Positions 11,222 through 26,200 of a stretch of DNA of 64,000 nucleotides are shown here, piece after piece (the first letter of the stretch is position 1; each line of letters starts with the position of its first letter). The translations under genes and the position numbers were made by a program. The stretch covers positions 186,001 to 250,000 of the forward strand of contig JAQGDQ010000283.1 of NCBI GenBank assembly GCA_030141605.1, written 5' to 3'. The stretch is from Tubiluchus corallicola. Lineage: Eukaryota > Animalia > Priapulida. The notes under the pieces were generated by a model, which saw nothing but the letters and a program-made list of their open reading frames with translations, did no database searches and was not told the origin of the DNA.

Positions 11222-14200
11222 CTTGAAATTTACCATGAATACCACAATATTAATCTAGCTGTAATTTTTTTTACTGCAAAAGATCAGCTCTCTAGAAGTA
11301 ACCATTATACATTTTAAAATTCATAATAAGAGTAAAATATGAAATTCATAGTTCAAAGAAGTGATTAGAAATGATGGACACAGAAAGAAACCTAAAGATC
11401 AATAAAAAAAAATTAGTTAAAAATTACTTGCTTTGCAAATTATCGAGTTGACTCCATTGTGATACTTGTGCATCTGCAAGGATGTTACTTATATGAACAT
11501 TGATAATATAGCTTTGAGAATTTTGTTTACGAGTACATGCATTGGTAAGTTTTTCAGAAAATTTGTTTAGTCCTATTAGCCAGTTGTAAGGAACTTGTAC
11601 AGTATAACTGGGAATATGCAGATAGAGTTTTTTCTCACTTTTCTGGGTTTCTTAATAAGTTGTCATAATCATAATAATGACCAGTTTCACTTGACTAATT
11701 TTTATAGTTCATATTGTGTATAAAAGCTAAGATGAAACTAGCTAAAAAATCAAACAAGGAATGTTAAGCTAGTTAACATTTAAATGATCGTTAGAGGAAA
11801 TCCTGTGCAGGCATATTTTAATATTTAGTTAATATGTCAGGAGAGAAAACAGTAACTTGCTAATTATATTTATCTACCAGACATTGTTCATATTACACTA
11901 TACTTTTGTACAGTTATTAATTAGTTTTAGTAGTTCTGCCCTTACATAGCCACTTATGCCCTGCTGAACTCTGAAATTCTCTAGACGGATTAACTAGTTA
12001 TTTATGTAAAGCCAAATGGTTCCCTTCAGTTTAAGTGAGTACTTGAGCAATGTGTGTGAGACAGGTTTTGTAGACAATTAAGTGTTCCTGAGATAAGGTT
12101 TGTTCCTGCACTGAGAAAAGCATAAAATGGATTAGCCATTCTTCAAGTGCTAATGGTATGGTCTGGTTCTTCAGATATCATTTATTGCTAATGGTTAAGT
12201 TTGTCACATATAAAAATAGAGAGTGTAGTGTGTGTGTTCGTGCATAGGAAAGTCACTATTAAATAGTTTGCTGAAGCACTATTGCTGATGATAACCTACA
12301 ATGAGGTAACTATGCAAGGCTTCCTTGTAACACACATCCCAGGTGTAAATCAATGCATCTTTGTGTTGGAAAGGCATTGGCAGAAGGTGACATTTGACTG
12401 TTGGTGTCTCCTGTAGAGTGCTATTGGAAATCTGTGAAGACCATACACAATGTTTATTGTTTAATGTCATATCAAAGTACAACCTTGGCTGCTTTATTTA
12501 TTCAGTGTCTAACAACGACATTTATGAGATGTTCCTATTGAAATGGTCATACAAGGCAAATGTCAAATGTTACTATTAGCATGGTGAATTGTGTTGACAG
12601 TTTATTGTTGTGTACACTTACAGACTAATGATGTTCTAGAATTGTGTATTTGTCTAATATATGAGTATTGAGTATATCAAAAAATTACCTTGACTCGTAA
12701 TGGGCATACACTATTGCATAATGCCGACCATACACTTATCAAACATTACAAATTTAGCGTAAAACACGTACCATAACTCACGTAAACACATATGAAATAT
12801 GAAAAACAATGCAATTTTCATTGTGGTTTCCACCATGTCATGTGACAGACAAAGCCAATAATTCTCACTGGCTTATAATTGTCCGTGTTAGAACTCCTAA
12901 CAAGAATATTCAGTGCCAAATGTTCCGTGCAGTTATGTGTGAGGCTGGTGCCAGGACCAGACTTATAAGGATGCAGTGGAAACCACCTCCCGCCCCCGAC
13001 TCTCGTCCAGAGTCACAGAGTTCCCTTATGTAATGAATATTGTATTTTGCAGTACTTATAAAAAGAAGAAAAACTTAGTAGTGATGTGTATAATTAAAAG
13101 AAATAAAGGTATCATAACTTTTCACCAGTACTTTATTGAATCACCAGTAATTTATATTAATTTATATCACTTTGGGAGCCTATATACAAACTGGAAACCT
13201 ATACCAAACCAAATCAAACTATTTTTACAGACATTAAACTTAAGAAAAATAAAATTGGAAAAAATGCTTGTTCAGAATCTAATTTATACATTTACTTGAA
13301 CAAACGGGTCCATTATTTATCAAGGTTTAACTTATTTATTTTTTGTGTGCTTCAAATTCTAAATTAGGTCCTGACTGATGTAAGTGCATAAGTGACATCC
13401 ACTGGCTCTTGATCAGCATGAGCCAACCTTTAATTAGTGGCTTCTACCTTAGAATTAACTATTCAGCAGGTATATAAGCCAAAAGTCAAAATTGTTATTT
13501 TTGTAGGTCTTTTAGTTGTTAGTTACTAATAGTCAGTAACTATTCTTGCGCTCCTAGTGTGCCACTTCCATTAATCAAATAAACATTACAGAAATCCGGT
13601 TTGTCATGAGCACTGCTTTGCTCTTCTTCCTGTGATTAACCTTAATTATTGCACAACTATTCTGCTTCTCCAGCTCTAGCTACTGCAGATTAATGCGTTC
13701 ATGTTTGCTGCAATAATGTGGTGATTCGTGCGACCAGTATCTCAGCTACCAGTGTATTCAGATGTCAGATCACATTTTTCTTGCAGTTGTTTCTCTGTTG
13801 TCGTACAAACTGGATTTGCAGAACATGTACTTATAAAAAGCAGTAGGTGTTCATGATGAATCTTAACAACTTTCTTATGAACTTCAAATAAAATAGATCT
13901 AAGTCGGTATTTCTGAAATATAATGATATTTTTGCATTTCTTCCATCTTGAGACTAGGTTGTACCTGTGAGTAACCACTGAGCGGTAAGATAAGCTAACT
14001 GATGAAAAAATGATGATAAACGACGAATTAGTGATCTAACATGTGATGTCTTACTTTCTAGACTAATATACTAATAGTATTATATTATTTAGCAGTAAGA
14101 TAAGTATACCAACAAATAAACAAACTTGTTTTTGATAAAAGCACACAAACTACTAAATAGCTAAATGAAATACTTAATTTTGAGTAATTTTTTGATAATC

Positions 14201-14450
14201 CTTCACTCTGCCGTTATATACATTTATATCTAAGCCTATATATTTTATGGGTGTTGCAGAATACCTTTACTTGCTGTCATAGTTTTGATTATTTACGGGC
14301 CTGTATTTCAGCAACTTATAATGACAAACAGCGAAGCCGGTATTTTTGTACTTCCACTACAAATTTAGTTATTGCATTCTTAAGTTGCAAAGATGAATAC
14401 AAATTAACATCTGCAATCTGTTGCAGCTTGTTGATATATATAAAGAGCTA

Positions 14451-15123
14451 CTGGGTTTGCTAACTTTCACGCGTAAACTCATAGTTTTAGCATGTGCTCT
14501 TTGTCATTCTTTACCACCCAAGAGATCTGCTTTCATAGATCAGATGGATACTGTTTCTGTTTTGCTTGGCACATAGCAGCTGGCAAATTGTTTTTCTCGT
14601 TTGTTGTTTGTAGAATACAAAGATTTATAAAGTGAATCCTGTGTGTTTGTTTATAAAATTCGAGACTATTGTACCCACGTTAAAAAGTAATCATTTTTTG
14701 GCGTTCAACCCTAAGAGAAAGTCTCAGAAAGCAAATCTGGAGATTCCTTAAAAAATCTCTTGATATTTTACGTAAATCCAACTTATGATTACTATGGCAC
14801 TGAAACTTTTTCTTAAAAAATCTGATGTAGTTAATGTTAAAACAGTTCTGTAATAACTTTGCTAAGTCAAAACAGCAGAATAATGCCTCATGTTGATCAT
14901 GTTCATTTTCGATTTGAAATGTGCTTACTAAAGAGGCTGCTTGGATGTGGCAGCACTTCAAAACTGTCGATAATGGTTTGCAGAAGAAAATTTTAATATG
15001 TCTTTTAACTTTATTTGGTAGAATCAAAATTTACTATTCTTTTTATTTACCATGAGAAATCAACGGTATGAAAACGTTAAGAAATTGGTTAAATTATGAG
15101 ACCCGTGAGAGTTGAGAGGTCTG
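14451..15123. mobile_element. Non-autonomous DNA transposon (MITE-like), same family as 1-278
   Basis: Degenerate terminal inverted repeats (ctgggtttgctaactttcacg / cgtgagagttgagaggtctg) and homology to 1-278; no clear TSD. Confidence 0.65.
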
Positions 15124-15599
15124 GATGCTCTATATGCTTTTTTATGCTGTCATAATGTTTACTTTAAAAACAAACAATTTGCTTAAATTTTTATAGAATA
15201 TTGTTCATTCAACATTAGCTTTATGGTAAGGATGACTAAAGAACAATGAGCCTTTAAGCAAATTTGTTGCAAAAAGAAATGATACCGAAAAAATTGTGAA
15301 TTCAATTCTGATAATCATGTCCTATCATAATCATATTTCACAGTTTTGCATCACCAATTTTTTCCGCAGCAAAAGGCTAATAAGGTATATTGATTCTGCC
15401 TAATCACAATTAAAACATTCTTTAAGTGACTTAATTGCCAGCTTATTGATTAATTTAAGTGACTTTACTAATTGGCTTTATGATTGAATATATGCATTTT
15501 ATTTTAAATAAGTACTCTGTTAAGCAGTGAAAGGTTTACTCACTCAAAGTTCCAAAAACTTCTTCTTGTGAATTTTCTAGTTCTATGTTTTTGTAAAAT

Positions 15600-16450
15600 A
15601 ATGATTTATTGATTCAATACTTTTATTTCGGAACAAAGTCCGTATTACAATACGATAGAAATCAAACATTATACATATAAATGGATATAGCAATTCTCGG
15701 TTTGTAGTATCTCAGAATTAAAGACAGTTAATTATTTACGATTTAGCTTATCTGCAATATAATTTGAAGGTACACGCAAAGACGTGCCATCGAACATTTC
15801 CGAAGTAGTGAGAAAATTTTAATATTGTTACATTTTTAAAGTTGAGATAATATTATAATTAATAATAATAATAATAATAATAATTACTAATAATAGAGGT
15901 CCAAACCATTCAAACTTTGGTCTTTCTCATTTATGGTGTAGTAATTTGAGGGTCCTTGTTCTAAATCACGGTTTAGTTCCAGTCAGTTAAGAAATTTTTA
16001 ACACAGATTATCTAGATTAATTCAGTTACGCAAGAGCTCCTGTTTTATTTCAAGGAAAAATTGACTTGTACAAGTAATAGCAAAGTCATAAATTGATCTA
16101 ACTATAACCAGCAATTATTACTGCATCATCAGCGTTTACTTAGCCAAGATTGACCTTGTAGGATATGATATATGTTAAACCGCTGATATCAATAAATTAT
16201 GTAAACACTGTACCACAGATTACATTATATTTTACATTGGAATGTCTGAACACCACCAGCAACGCAATAAAAAGCGTATAGTCCCCAAATGTAATGTGTT
16301 CACGGCATGTGCTGCACATTAAGTCAGTTCTAATAGGCCGTCATAAACACTTCAACGTTCTTTTCAAAGCGCTGTCAGTTTGTAAAAGTGCGGCGGCGTA
16401 GTAAACTCAGATCTGCCTAGGGGGTTTTTGATGCTAGTACGCTTTGTATA
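15600..16450 (-). mobile_element. Highly decayed LINE remnant
   Basis: Minus strand has ADDAVIIAG near 16110-16136, LGTIRFLL near 16265-16290 and a LINE-like tail gttccgaaataaaagtattgaatcaat near 15610-15635. Confidence 0.3.
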
Positions 16451-17220
16451 GAGTTGAGCATCGTCATTCATTCTAAGCCGTGGGAGGCAAGACTACTCCC
16501 ATAAGTTGCCTTGGAAGTTTAACTGCAATAGCTTGTTAAAGATTTGTTTAGTAAGCTTTGTTACTAGCATGTGTTAGTGCTGTTTATAAGCAGCTTTTGG
16601 ATCTCATGTTTGTGCTGGATTAGTTAGATATATCCTATTTTGAGTGAGTGCGGCTCATTACCATTACGTTTATACATCAGACGCACGTTTTTGAGTGTGT
16701 TATAAATATCAAAGAAAGGCAGGAAAATCCTTTCATTGCTCTTTTTAGTTATTCTTGTCTTGTGCTGAATGTTTAGAATACATTTTGTAAGTGAATTTTA
16801 AAAGTATCTAATGGCTCTAAAAAGTTGTTAATGCTTACTACGTACCTGGTGTTTTTGTCATAATGTTTTGTTATGATGCTTTTTGACAACTCTGATCCTG
16901 AAGTGCCGGTAATTGAACGTGTGTAAACTTACGGTTGAAATTGTTGAACAGTTGTCAATATTTTATTATAAATTTGATTCACATTATAAAAGTGATTTAT
17001 AATTGTAATTTCATGAGTCTTCTAAAATACGACAAAAAATTTAAATTTTCATTGCAGTTTTGCTTACCTAGACTGTCTATGTGTTGAAATTTTTAAACCT
17101 AAAAAACTCTGTCCGGTAATTCAGGAGGCACCAAAAATTGTGTATACGTGTTGAAAGCAACATTAACACAATTGATTATTTGTTTCAGATGAATAGACTG
17201 AGCTGAACATTATTTTGGTG

Positions 17221-20200
17221 ATGTCTATGACGACACTGGTGGCAGGACCGTCATCGTTCCTGCGCATGATGTCACAGCACGCCGATATGCAGGATTTTTT
17301 ATTAGATGCTGAGTTGCAGCTCTACTATGATGATTTTATAAACAAACTCAAAGTCACTACCGTTCAACAGCTCAAGGTTAAACAAGAACTTATTAAATGT
17401 TTTAAATATTACTTGATTTGTGAGTTCTATAATTAACTGCAGAGCTTACATTTAGGCAGTGCTGTAGTGCTAATTTAGGTTTTTCCTGTTGCTACGTTTT
17501 GCATATTTAATATACTTAACTTGACAACATTTTTATATCCATTTAAAAACGTCACTAAAAGTCATATAATCACAGTCAGTAAACCTGCTTCAACAGAAAA
17601 AATTCTAAACCAAAGTCAAGGCTTTGCTGCACTGAACACGTTGTTATCAAAATATATTACTTCTGTAATTAATGATTTGTATGTATTTTAGATGATATTT
17701 TTTATAATTATATATCTTTTCAATATCACTTCTTTGTGGTTATTGCTTCTAGGCCTAGTTAATCATAAGTCTGTCACAATGCTTTTGGTTTTTTCCTAAT
17801 TTTTAAATGTCTTTATTGCTGAAGGTGACTACTAGTGTGCACTGCAAACTAGGGATGAGTATCGAATGAGATTTCAAATTCGATTCGAATAATTCAACTC
17901 CTCAACTATATACGTTTTTTATTATTGAAACGTTTGAAACGTCATGCAACAGCACAGTTTAGCTGAAATCTTTTTGCACTATTTATAAAGATATTATTAG
18001 TGTTTTTACAGCAGAACAAAATCATGATCTTGGTATGCATTGCTTAGTGATTCAAAAATTTATTTGAAAATCTTTAAAACTCAATGTAAATTCTATTCTG
18101 ATTCGACGGCATTGAAATTCAGTTTGATTCGAGTTTGAAGTCACAAATTCAGTTTGATTCAAATTTGCTTTCTGATAGAGAATGCTCAACCCTAGTGGAA
18201 ATGATACATTATTTAGTGCTATTTATCAAATTGATGCCATTCTTGTTATGAAGAATTTGAAAATTGTGATAAATTTAATCTCTTCTTTATTCTTTAGTAT
18301 GTAGAGGATGAAGATCTTGTAGCTATTGGCATGACCAAACCAGAAATACGTCGCCTGAGGAAGTTTTTCCATAAAGAATATCCACAAGGCACTCTGGGAA
18401 GATTTAAAAAGGTTAGTTATACTGAATTTTCTATATTTGTAATGTGGGTCCAGTTAAATTTAATTGGGCCCTGTTATTTCCTATCTGTATAGCATTTGTT
18501 GATGTATACTTGAAAACTTCATTTTACTTGAAGTTTGAAAATTTAATAGTAAATTGTGCAGTTTGTGGTACTTAATTTTTCTTTTGGGGATTTGCAAAAA
18601 AGGCGACAAGATATTGCCTACACTTTGAATGAATTTGTAAGTATAACCAACTAAAAAATTTGTAAAAAATCACAATAAAAGGAACACTTTCAACTATTTA
18701 AATTGTTTAGTTAAAACTAATTATTGATTCGTTTGTTGGCGTGATTTATCGCTAGCTTATTTTGAAAACTGTGATGCATTTCAGAGTGCCAGTACCTTAT
18801 TAACTAAAAGCTTTATCAGTTTCCAGAACATGAAACATATAACAGAATCTTACTGCATAACAGTATGCCTAATGATGCCATTACTGGTTTTCTGTTTGAT
18901 CTGAATACAACAACTATTGCGATTAATTCAGTACCATTTATATATGGTCACCTTGCCGTTTATTTTTGCCCACACTATTTGTTTTGCTGGTTTGTGATAA
19001 CAGCTTGTTCATGTCAGCAAAGAGCAGTGTTTACTGAGTCTGGGGGTTTTGCAGTGTGACGAGCTAGCCAAGTTTCGTTATACAAATATTTTAGATCAAA
19101 AGTTATTTTAAAAGTTGTGCAATTGTGATGACTTTATTACATGTGCTATTATTGTAGTAGAAGTGTGCTTATACATTACTACTTAAAATCGCGAATTGAT
19201 TGTTTTGGAATAGATTGAGAGTTAAATGCATTATTACTTATAACAGTATATGACTACCTGTATTTGTGAAGTTTCTTATTTTGACGTAAATTTTTATGGA
19301 CTGTGAAAATATAAATGTTTGTAGTTTGAGAATTGTAAAATACCATGCAATTATGCAAATAATTGCTTGTCTATTAAAATTTGCAAATTTAGTCAAGCAA
19401 TTTTATCGTTTTTTCGTGCGCAACTCATTCACGTTCTTCGACTTCTATAAAGTTGTGAGTATTGATTGAAGCTTTCGCTGCGAAGTTAGCGACATGAAGG
19501 TTGGTTTTTGTGTGCGTCTGTATGGTTATCACGCTGAAATCCTTAATTTGGCTAGTGAACAATTTCAAAATATTATTTTACGTGGCTGACGTGCATTTTG
19601 CCTTATAGTTGTGTTTTTAGTCACTGATTCTTCGTAAGGCATAGTGCATGCAGTAGTCTCAGTGAAGCCTTATAAAGAATCAGCTGAAGCTAAGTTTATT
19701 TTTGTTTTTCTGTCGGTAGTGTAAACATCAAGCAATCTACTCACAATATTTTGCATGTTTTGGGTGAATTAGACACATATTGCAGTGTCTTCTCTTTACA
19801 GAGCAGAACTAAGCCAGTTAGATGAGAGTTGGTGCTATACACTTTCACAGCATTTACATATTTCTTTAGCTTCTAATGATGTTTAATACAGTCTGTTTGC
19901 AATGTTTTGCACGTCTTGGGTGAATTAATCAAGTATTATGGTTTCTTCTCAGAAGATGCTGCAGAATTAAGCCAATTAGTGTTAGCTCTAGCACTGAACA
20001 CTTATACTGTATACTTTTCTTTGACTTCTAGAACTGCTTATTATTGATTTGCCTGAACTGCTTGCCATAAATATAAATAGAATGAAAATTGTAAAACTGA
20101 ATTTACGGTTTCATGCAATTATGGAAGAGTGCATGATTAGATTACAGTAGCTGTCTTATTGGGTATGAAGTGAGGGTATAACTGAAACGTACTACTTTTT

Positions 20201-23200
20201 TAATTTAGATTTTGTGCTGTGTAGAAAAATTAGTTGCAATATTTTGTGAAATTTCAGACAGTTGCATAAATTATGATTTTTAGAAAATTACGAAGGCCAT
20301 TGGGGCAGAGGAGCGGCGTCAACCACCCAACATTCCAGCTGTATTTCCTGATCGGTCATCGCCAGCTCGGGTTGTGAAGGTACCAAACAGACATATCATT
20401 CCTGCAGACAGTATTACTGTTTGTAAGGAACTAGGTGTGGGAGAATTTGGAGTTGTGCAGCAAGGAATTTGGACCAATGAAGATGGTGATAGAGTAAGGG
20501 TTCTCTTTATTATTTTATTTGAAATTTGTGAAGCGTTTGCTAATACAGTAATATTGTACGTGATGTGATTTTGCTGTTAATTATTCATTGCCATTGGTAC
20601 AGAGCACATCTCATGTATGGTTGAAAGGTTTTTTTGAATGCTAACTACATATTGTAGCAACGTAGAAACAATTTTAAGTTTTCTTTTACTAATAAACACT
20701 TTAATTACAAGCAAATCATGATTTTATATAAACTGTATAGACCTAATTATTATTGTTAGACGTAATTATGTTTTCTGTTACTAGCGGAAGTAAACTTGCC
20801 CAATCAGAATTGCTTTTGTCTTTCTTCTGCACATAAACAAGAATTGCTCTTAACTCCAGCTCACCATACTTCTCTACTGTGTTTTTCTGGATATTTCTAA
20901 TGTAAAATTTTGTTTTTAGATACAAGTTGCCATCAAGTGCCTGGCCAAAGAACACATGCAAAATAATCCCATGGACTTTCTCAAAGAGGCGTGCATTATG
21001 CACACTATAGATTGCAAGCACATTGTCCGACTTTACGGTGTAGTGCTGGACACAGATTGCCTTATGATGGTAGAGTTTTGCCTAGCAAGGCATTTATCAG
21101 CTGTTTATAGCTCTTTGTAATATCGTTTGTGTACTTGTGTGCAGTTCTCTGTGTAGATGAATGATCCTACTTTCTTAATTTACAATAGTTAACTTTGTTA
21201 ATTTGTTTCTTTCCAATCTGTCTAGTTTCAAATATAGTCTGTTATTTTGCAAAAAAACTCGCAGTCTAAATATTGTTTTCTCATATAAAAAACTAGTAGA
21301 TGTCTGACTAATTTAGTAACCTGGAAGTGGCAGATATTTTTAGGTGTGATAGATTAACTAGTTTGCATGTTTTATTTTGTATAGATATTTAGCACTTAGT
21401 TCTATCCAAGCTAGGAGGCACATAAGGCCTAGACACTCTCTTTCCAAACTGTCTCACTGCCTTGACATTATTCTAAGTTTTCTATTCCAAACTTCTCATC
21501 TGCGCCTCTGCTGTTTTTTTTCCGTGTTTAGTTCTCTATCCTTTTGCAGTGGCTGTTCTATCCAATTCTGTCTCCCTGTGCACCCATCATTCAGCTAATA
21601 CACTCCTGATCCAGCAAACTGATATGTACTATGATTACAAAATCACATTTTTCTATAGATATCAGAGTTGGCTCCATTACGTTCACTCCTTGAGTGCTTG
21701 AAAGAACCAGCATTAAGGTGCAGCTTTCCTGTGCCAACCCTCTGTGATTTCGCTCTACAGGTAGCCATCGGTATGAATTACTTGGAAGAGAAACGTCTTA
21801 TACACCGAGATCTGGCTGCTCGAAACATTCTAGTCTTTTCAAAAAACTGCGTAAGTCAGATTTATTTATGTGAACCATAGTAGTGATTTATATACATATT
21901 TGTTATTTGCATTTACGTTATCACTTATCCAAGAGATTTATTTCTGACTTTTTTACGACATTTGTGGTTGTTTTTGAATTATTCCCTAATTAAGACAAGC
22001 GGAACACCCAGACACTTTTTTATAACATTATATTTGAATGACCGTTTGAAGCAGCAATGAAGCTGTTTGACAAAATTTGAAACCTTTTATAAAAAGTAAC
22101 TGTTTTGAAATGGCTGTTTTAAATAATGTTTAAATTTTTTTCATTCTGATGAAAATTTTCACTTTTAGGTAAAAATTAGTGATTTTGGTCTCTCCAGAGC
22201 TCTGGGAGTTGGCAAGGATTACTACCAAACTAATTTTAATGTTAATCTAAAGCTGCCTATAGCATGGTAAGTATTTAGTTATTTATTAGTCTTTAAAAAA
22301 TTGTGATTGTAAGATAAAGGAAGAGCTGTTTCTTTTCCTGCAATTTGTGTTGAGAGGATACTTAAAAAAATAAGCCTTCTGAGCAGTTAGGCTTATCCCA
22401 ATGTTCATTAAAAATGCTAGAAAGTTTAAGTAATAAGAGTGTAGTAAGCACTTTGTGTTTTAGTATAATTATTCTAAAGTCATAATTACTTCATGTTTGG
22501 GCGTTCCCATTTTGAATGCCTATTTTTCCATTGGTGATGTCATTGACTGACTGAAGAAAAGCAGCACATTGTTAACTTTTGTCAAAGGTTTTTACAGAAA
22601 CTTACGTATAATTTTGTGGTATTTTTGCATCAACGTTTTGTAAGTTGCAGAAGCTTAAATTTGTTTAAGGGCCCAAGCTTACAAAAATCGACACACCCAA
22701 GTGAATGATGACAACCACCACATTTGAAAATTTCTGTACAGCTTTTTTGTATTTTGTATATTTTCTTTGTTATTTTTTTCTAAGTTGATGGCACTAAAAT
22801 AAATCCAAAATGCTAAATTACGTTTCTTCTTTTAATAGCTTTTATTCATACTGCAAATAGAACACATAATTCAGTACGTTTTTGCAATGTCTGTTTAACA
22901 GGTGTGCTCCGGAGTGCATTAATTACTTGCGTTTCACAACAGCAAGTGATGTTTGGGCATTTGGAGTAACATTGTGGGAGTTTTTCTCCTATGGATTCCA
23001 ACCATGGGCTGCTTTAACAGGCCAACAGGTGAAGAAGTTAAGTCAATATTTTCGTAGCTACAAATTTAGTGACAGATTGAACACACTTAATTTTCAAATG
23101 AAAACAGGTATATTAATGATAAGGAAACAAGTACACCAACAATGAGAATGGAATAAGTTTCCAGATCACATATGTAGCAGCAGTTCCTTATAAGTATTTA

Positions 23201-26200
23201 GAAAAACCTTAAAATATGTATACTTTTACAGGCTTTCCCACATTGAATCATACTCTGGTTCAGGTCTGTCATTTTTAGCCTCCAGTTTTTCATTGAATTC
23301 TTTATTTTACTTTCTAAATTTATATGATCAAATAAACGGAATATAAGACTAATTCTGTTTTAAATTGATGATGTTAGTATTAAATTAGTATTATTGTGTG
23401 AAATTTTAAATAACACATAAATAGAAGCTAGAGGTGAATAAAGGATGAGTATATAAAAGTTTTTATTCAGAAATGATTGGCCAGAGTCTGTGTATTGACG
23501 ATGGTTATTTTCAGATATTAGATGCAATAGACGAACCAAATTATCAGCGATTGGAGCAGCCTGAATGTTGTTCAAGGGACTACTATTCTTTGATGCTGCA
23601 GTGTTGGGATCACGAACCCTTGAAGAGACCAACATTTGCACAGTTGCTTCAATTGCTACCTGCAGTAAGTTACAGAATTGTGCAGTTTAGCAGATGCCTG
23701 CTGAGTAAACTTTGTTGGAAACTGTTCATAAAAGCATTAAAAAGACTTTATTTTAATGAATGCAACTTTAAATACCATTTCTTCTTAATTTCAAGGTAAG
23801 GTTTCATGTTTCAAAAAATTAAATTATCATTTACATTTGTTATTTCATTGAAATTGTGACACACATATGCTAAGCAAGATCATTGTTAAACAAAAGAATG
23901 CTTAGAATTTTGCCAAACATCTCATTTGACAGTAAGTTAATTTTGTTTGCATATACCACCACTTTACAATTTTGGTAACCAGTGTCATTCTGCTTATTTG
24001 ATTTTAAAGAAAAAATATTTGTTATGTTAAGATCTATTTATCATTTGTTTAATTTCTCTTTGGTAAATTAATATAAACTTATATGTTGCTTACGATAATA
24101 AGATTTACCGGAAGGTAGTTAATCACAACAAAGTTTATTAGTATGCGTATTAACAATATTTCGAGAAACCATTGCTGCATTCATTAGGTTACAAAAATTA
24201 ATCACTCTATGTAATAATTAATTTTATGTAATTTGCTGAAGGGAGCAGTGCTTTCCCGAAATATTTTTAACACTAATAAACCTATAAATGCATGAAAAAG
24301 TGTTGTAAAACTAACTCCTGAGCCTATTCTACTGATTTCTTAGCAATCGTGTAGGCATATTTTAATTTTTCAGACTTGATCTGAGTGTCTAATGTCCACA
24401 TACATTGACATAAATTAACTGAGTAATTTTGACTCACATTGAAAAGCACAAGTTTACTAATTAAACAAAAATTAAAGTGCTGGAACGAGAAATATCAGAC
24501 ACTTTCGTCTTTCTTAAAGATAAGTAAAAATCGCAAAATTGTTATTATTGCTTAAAGTTTAATTATTTATGCTTATTGTTATTTCTTTTGTAGATTAAAC
24601 CAGAACAGGTAGTGGCAGTTCAAGATACTACTGGGTCAGTGAAGAGAGACCATTTACTGTTAAAGAGCGGTGATGTGATTACTGTGCTAGATAAACGGTA
24701 TGCTTATTGTTTTGAAGTTAATTGTAGCAGATTGTTCTTTAACGCATAATATTGTATTACCATGTTGGCAATCAGTACAGTCTGCAGTTAAGAAATGTGA
24801 GTGAATAGCTTCCAGCAGTGTAATAGTTGAGATGTTAATGCTCGAGTTAGAGTCTTCTGTGCCTAAGTTAAAGTCTGTCTTATTGCTTGACTCTGAGTTT
24901 TTATTTATTAATTTTAAAATAAAACACATCTCATAGTGAAAGGCATTCTATTTATGTTAATTGTGCATTATCAGCTGCTAAAGTAATTATATTGAATTTT
25001 TGAATTTGGATCTTAGATTTTATAAAAGCCATTGCATCTGAAAAGTAATACTGTTTCTGGGATTGCTGAATCAAGGAAGAAAATTTGTGAGTGTGGGGCT
25101 CATGATAATAGCACTATAAGATTCAGATACAGATCATGAAAAGAGGTGACCCAACAAAGTAATAAGTAGTTTGGGAGTTTGTAGGAGAACTGTAAGCATT
25201 TTTTCAGTTTTTGGAACCAGTTTTTAAAACAGCTTAAACCAGCTAGTTTAAACAGTTAAGTAGCTTAAATTGGTCAATAATATTTCAGTAATCTGCCATT
25301 TTAACCTTGTAAAAGGATTTGTGTAACAAAGCATTTAAGTTTTTTATAGGCCTTTTAGAAAGCTAGTATGTTAAGCACCTTGTTATATAATTATTCATAT
25401 ATATTAATTACTAGCTGAGTCCACCCACATAACTTGTTTTTTTGAATGCCATTTTGGTCGCCATATTGGATATCATTTTTTCAATAGAGTGGGGACATTG
25501 ATATTCGAACTGGGGATACCCTAAACTTTCTAAAAGGTCATAATGGATCATTATATGTAATAGAATGTCTTGAAAGTGCTATTTTGGACGACATATGATC
25601 TATGAGTATTTTTCCATATGTCAAGTTGAGTGTTAATGCAGTCCCAGGATGCATGCTGCAGCAGATAAATGCAAATGTGTAAAATTCTTGTTTCGATGAT
25701 TAAAGATGACTGTCGTTAATCCATGTTTCTTCAATAAATTATCTGCTGCAGAATCAAAATAACTTTTGCAATAAATTGATCTCTGGCATCAATTCTGAAA
25801 GTTTCAATATTAACTTTCATGTCAGCTATTGGCAAGTGTTCAAAAAGAAAGTGTAGCAATGTATATATACATGTTACTAAAATTAATTCAGTAATGGGTA
25901 GTGTTAAAGCATTACTGTTTTACCTTAAAAATATGGACTAATGAGTATTTTACTTTTGCTTAGTAACTAGTAATGGATCATTTTTGTTCTGTAATGGGAT
26001 AGATAGACACACGGGGTGATTTTTTTATTGTCAAGTAATGAACTGCATAACGTGACAATAAATTATTTCTTGTAGACCAGAAAACCTGTGGAAAGGAGTA
26101 CTCAATAATGGCAAGACTGGCCTATTCCGTCCAACTTCAACAACACCTTATGTTTCACCTTCAAAGAAATTTAATAAGCTGAAGCCTAGTTCATTAACAC

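Noticed and set aside
13848-13920. Plus-strand ATGATGA...CTGA as a C/D snoRNA
   Set aside because: Short, wobble-rich stem and no recognisable guide target.
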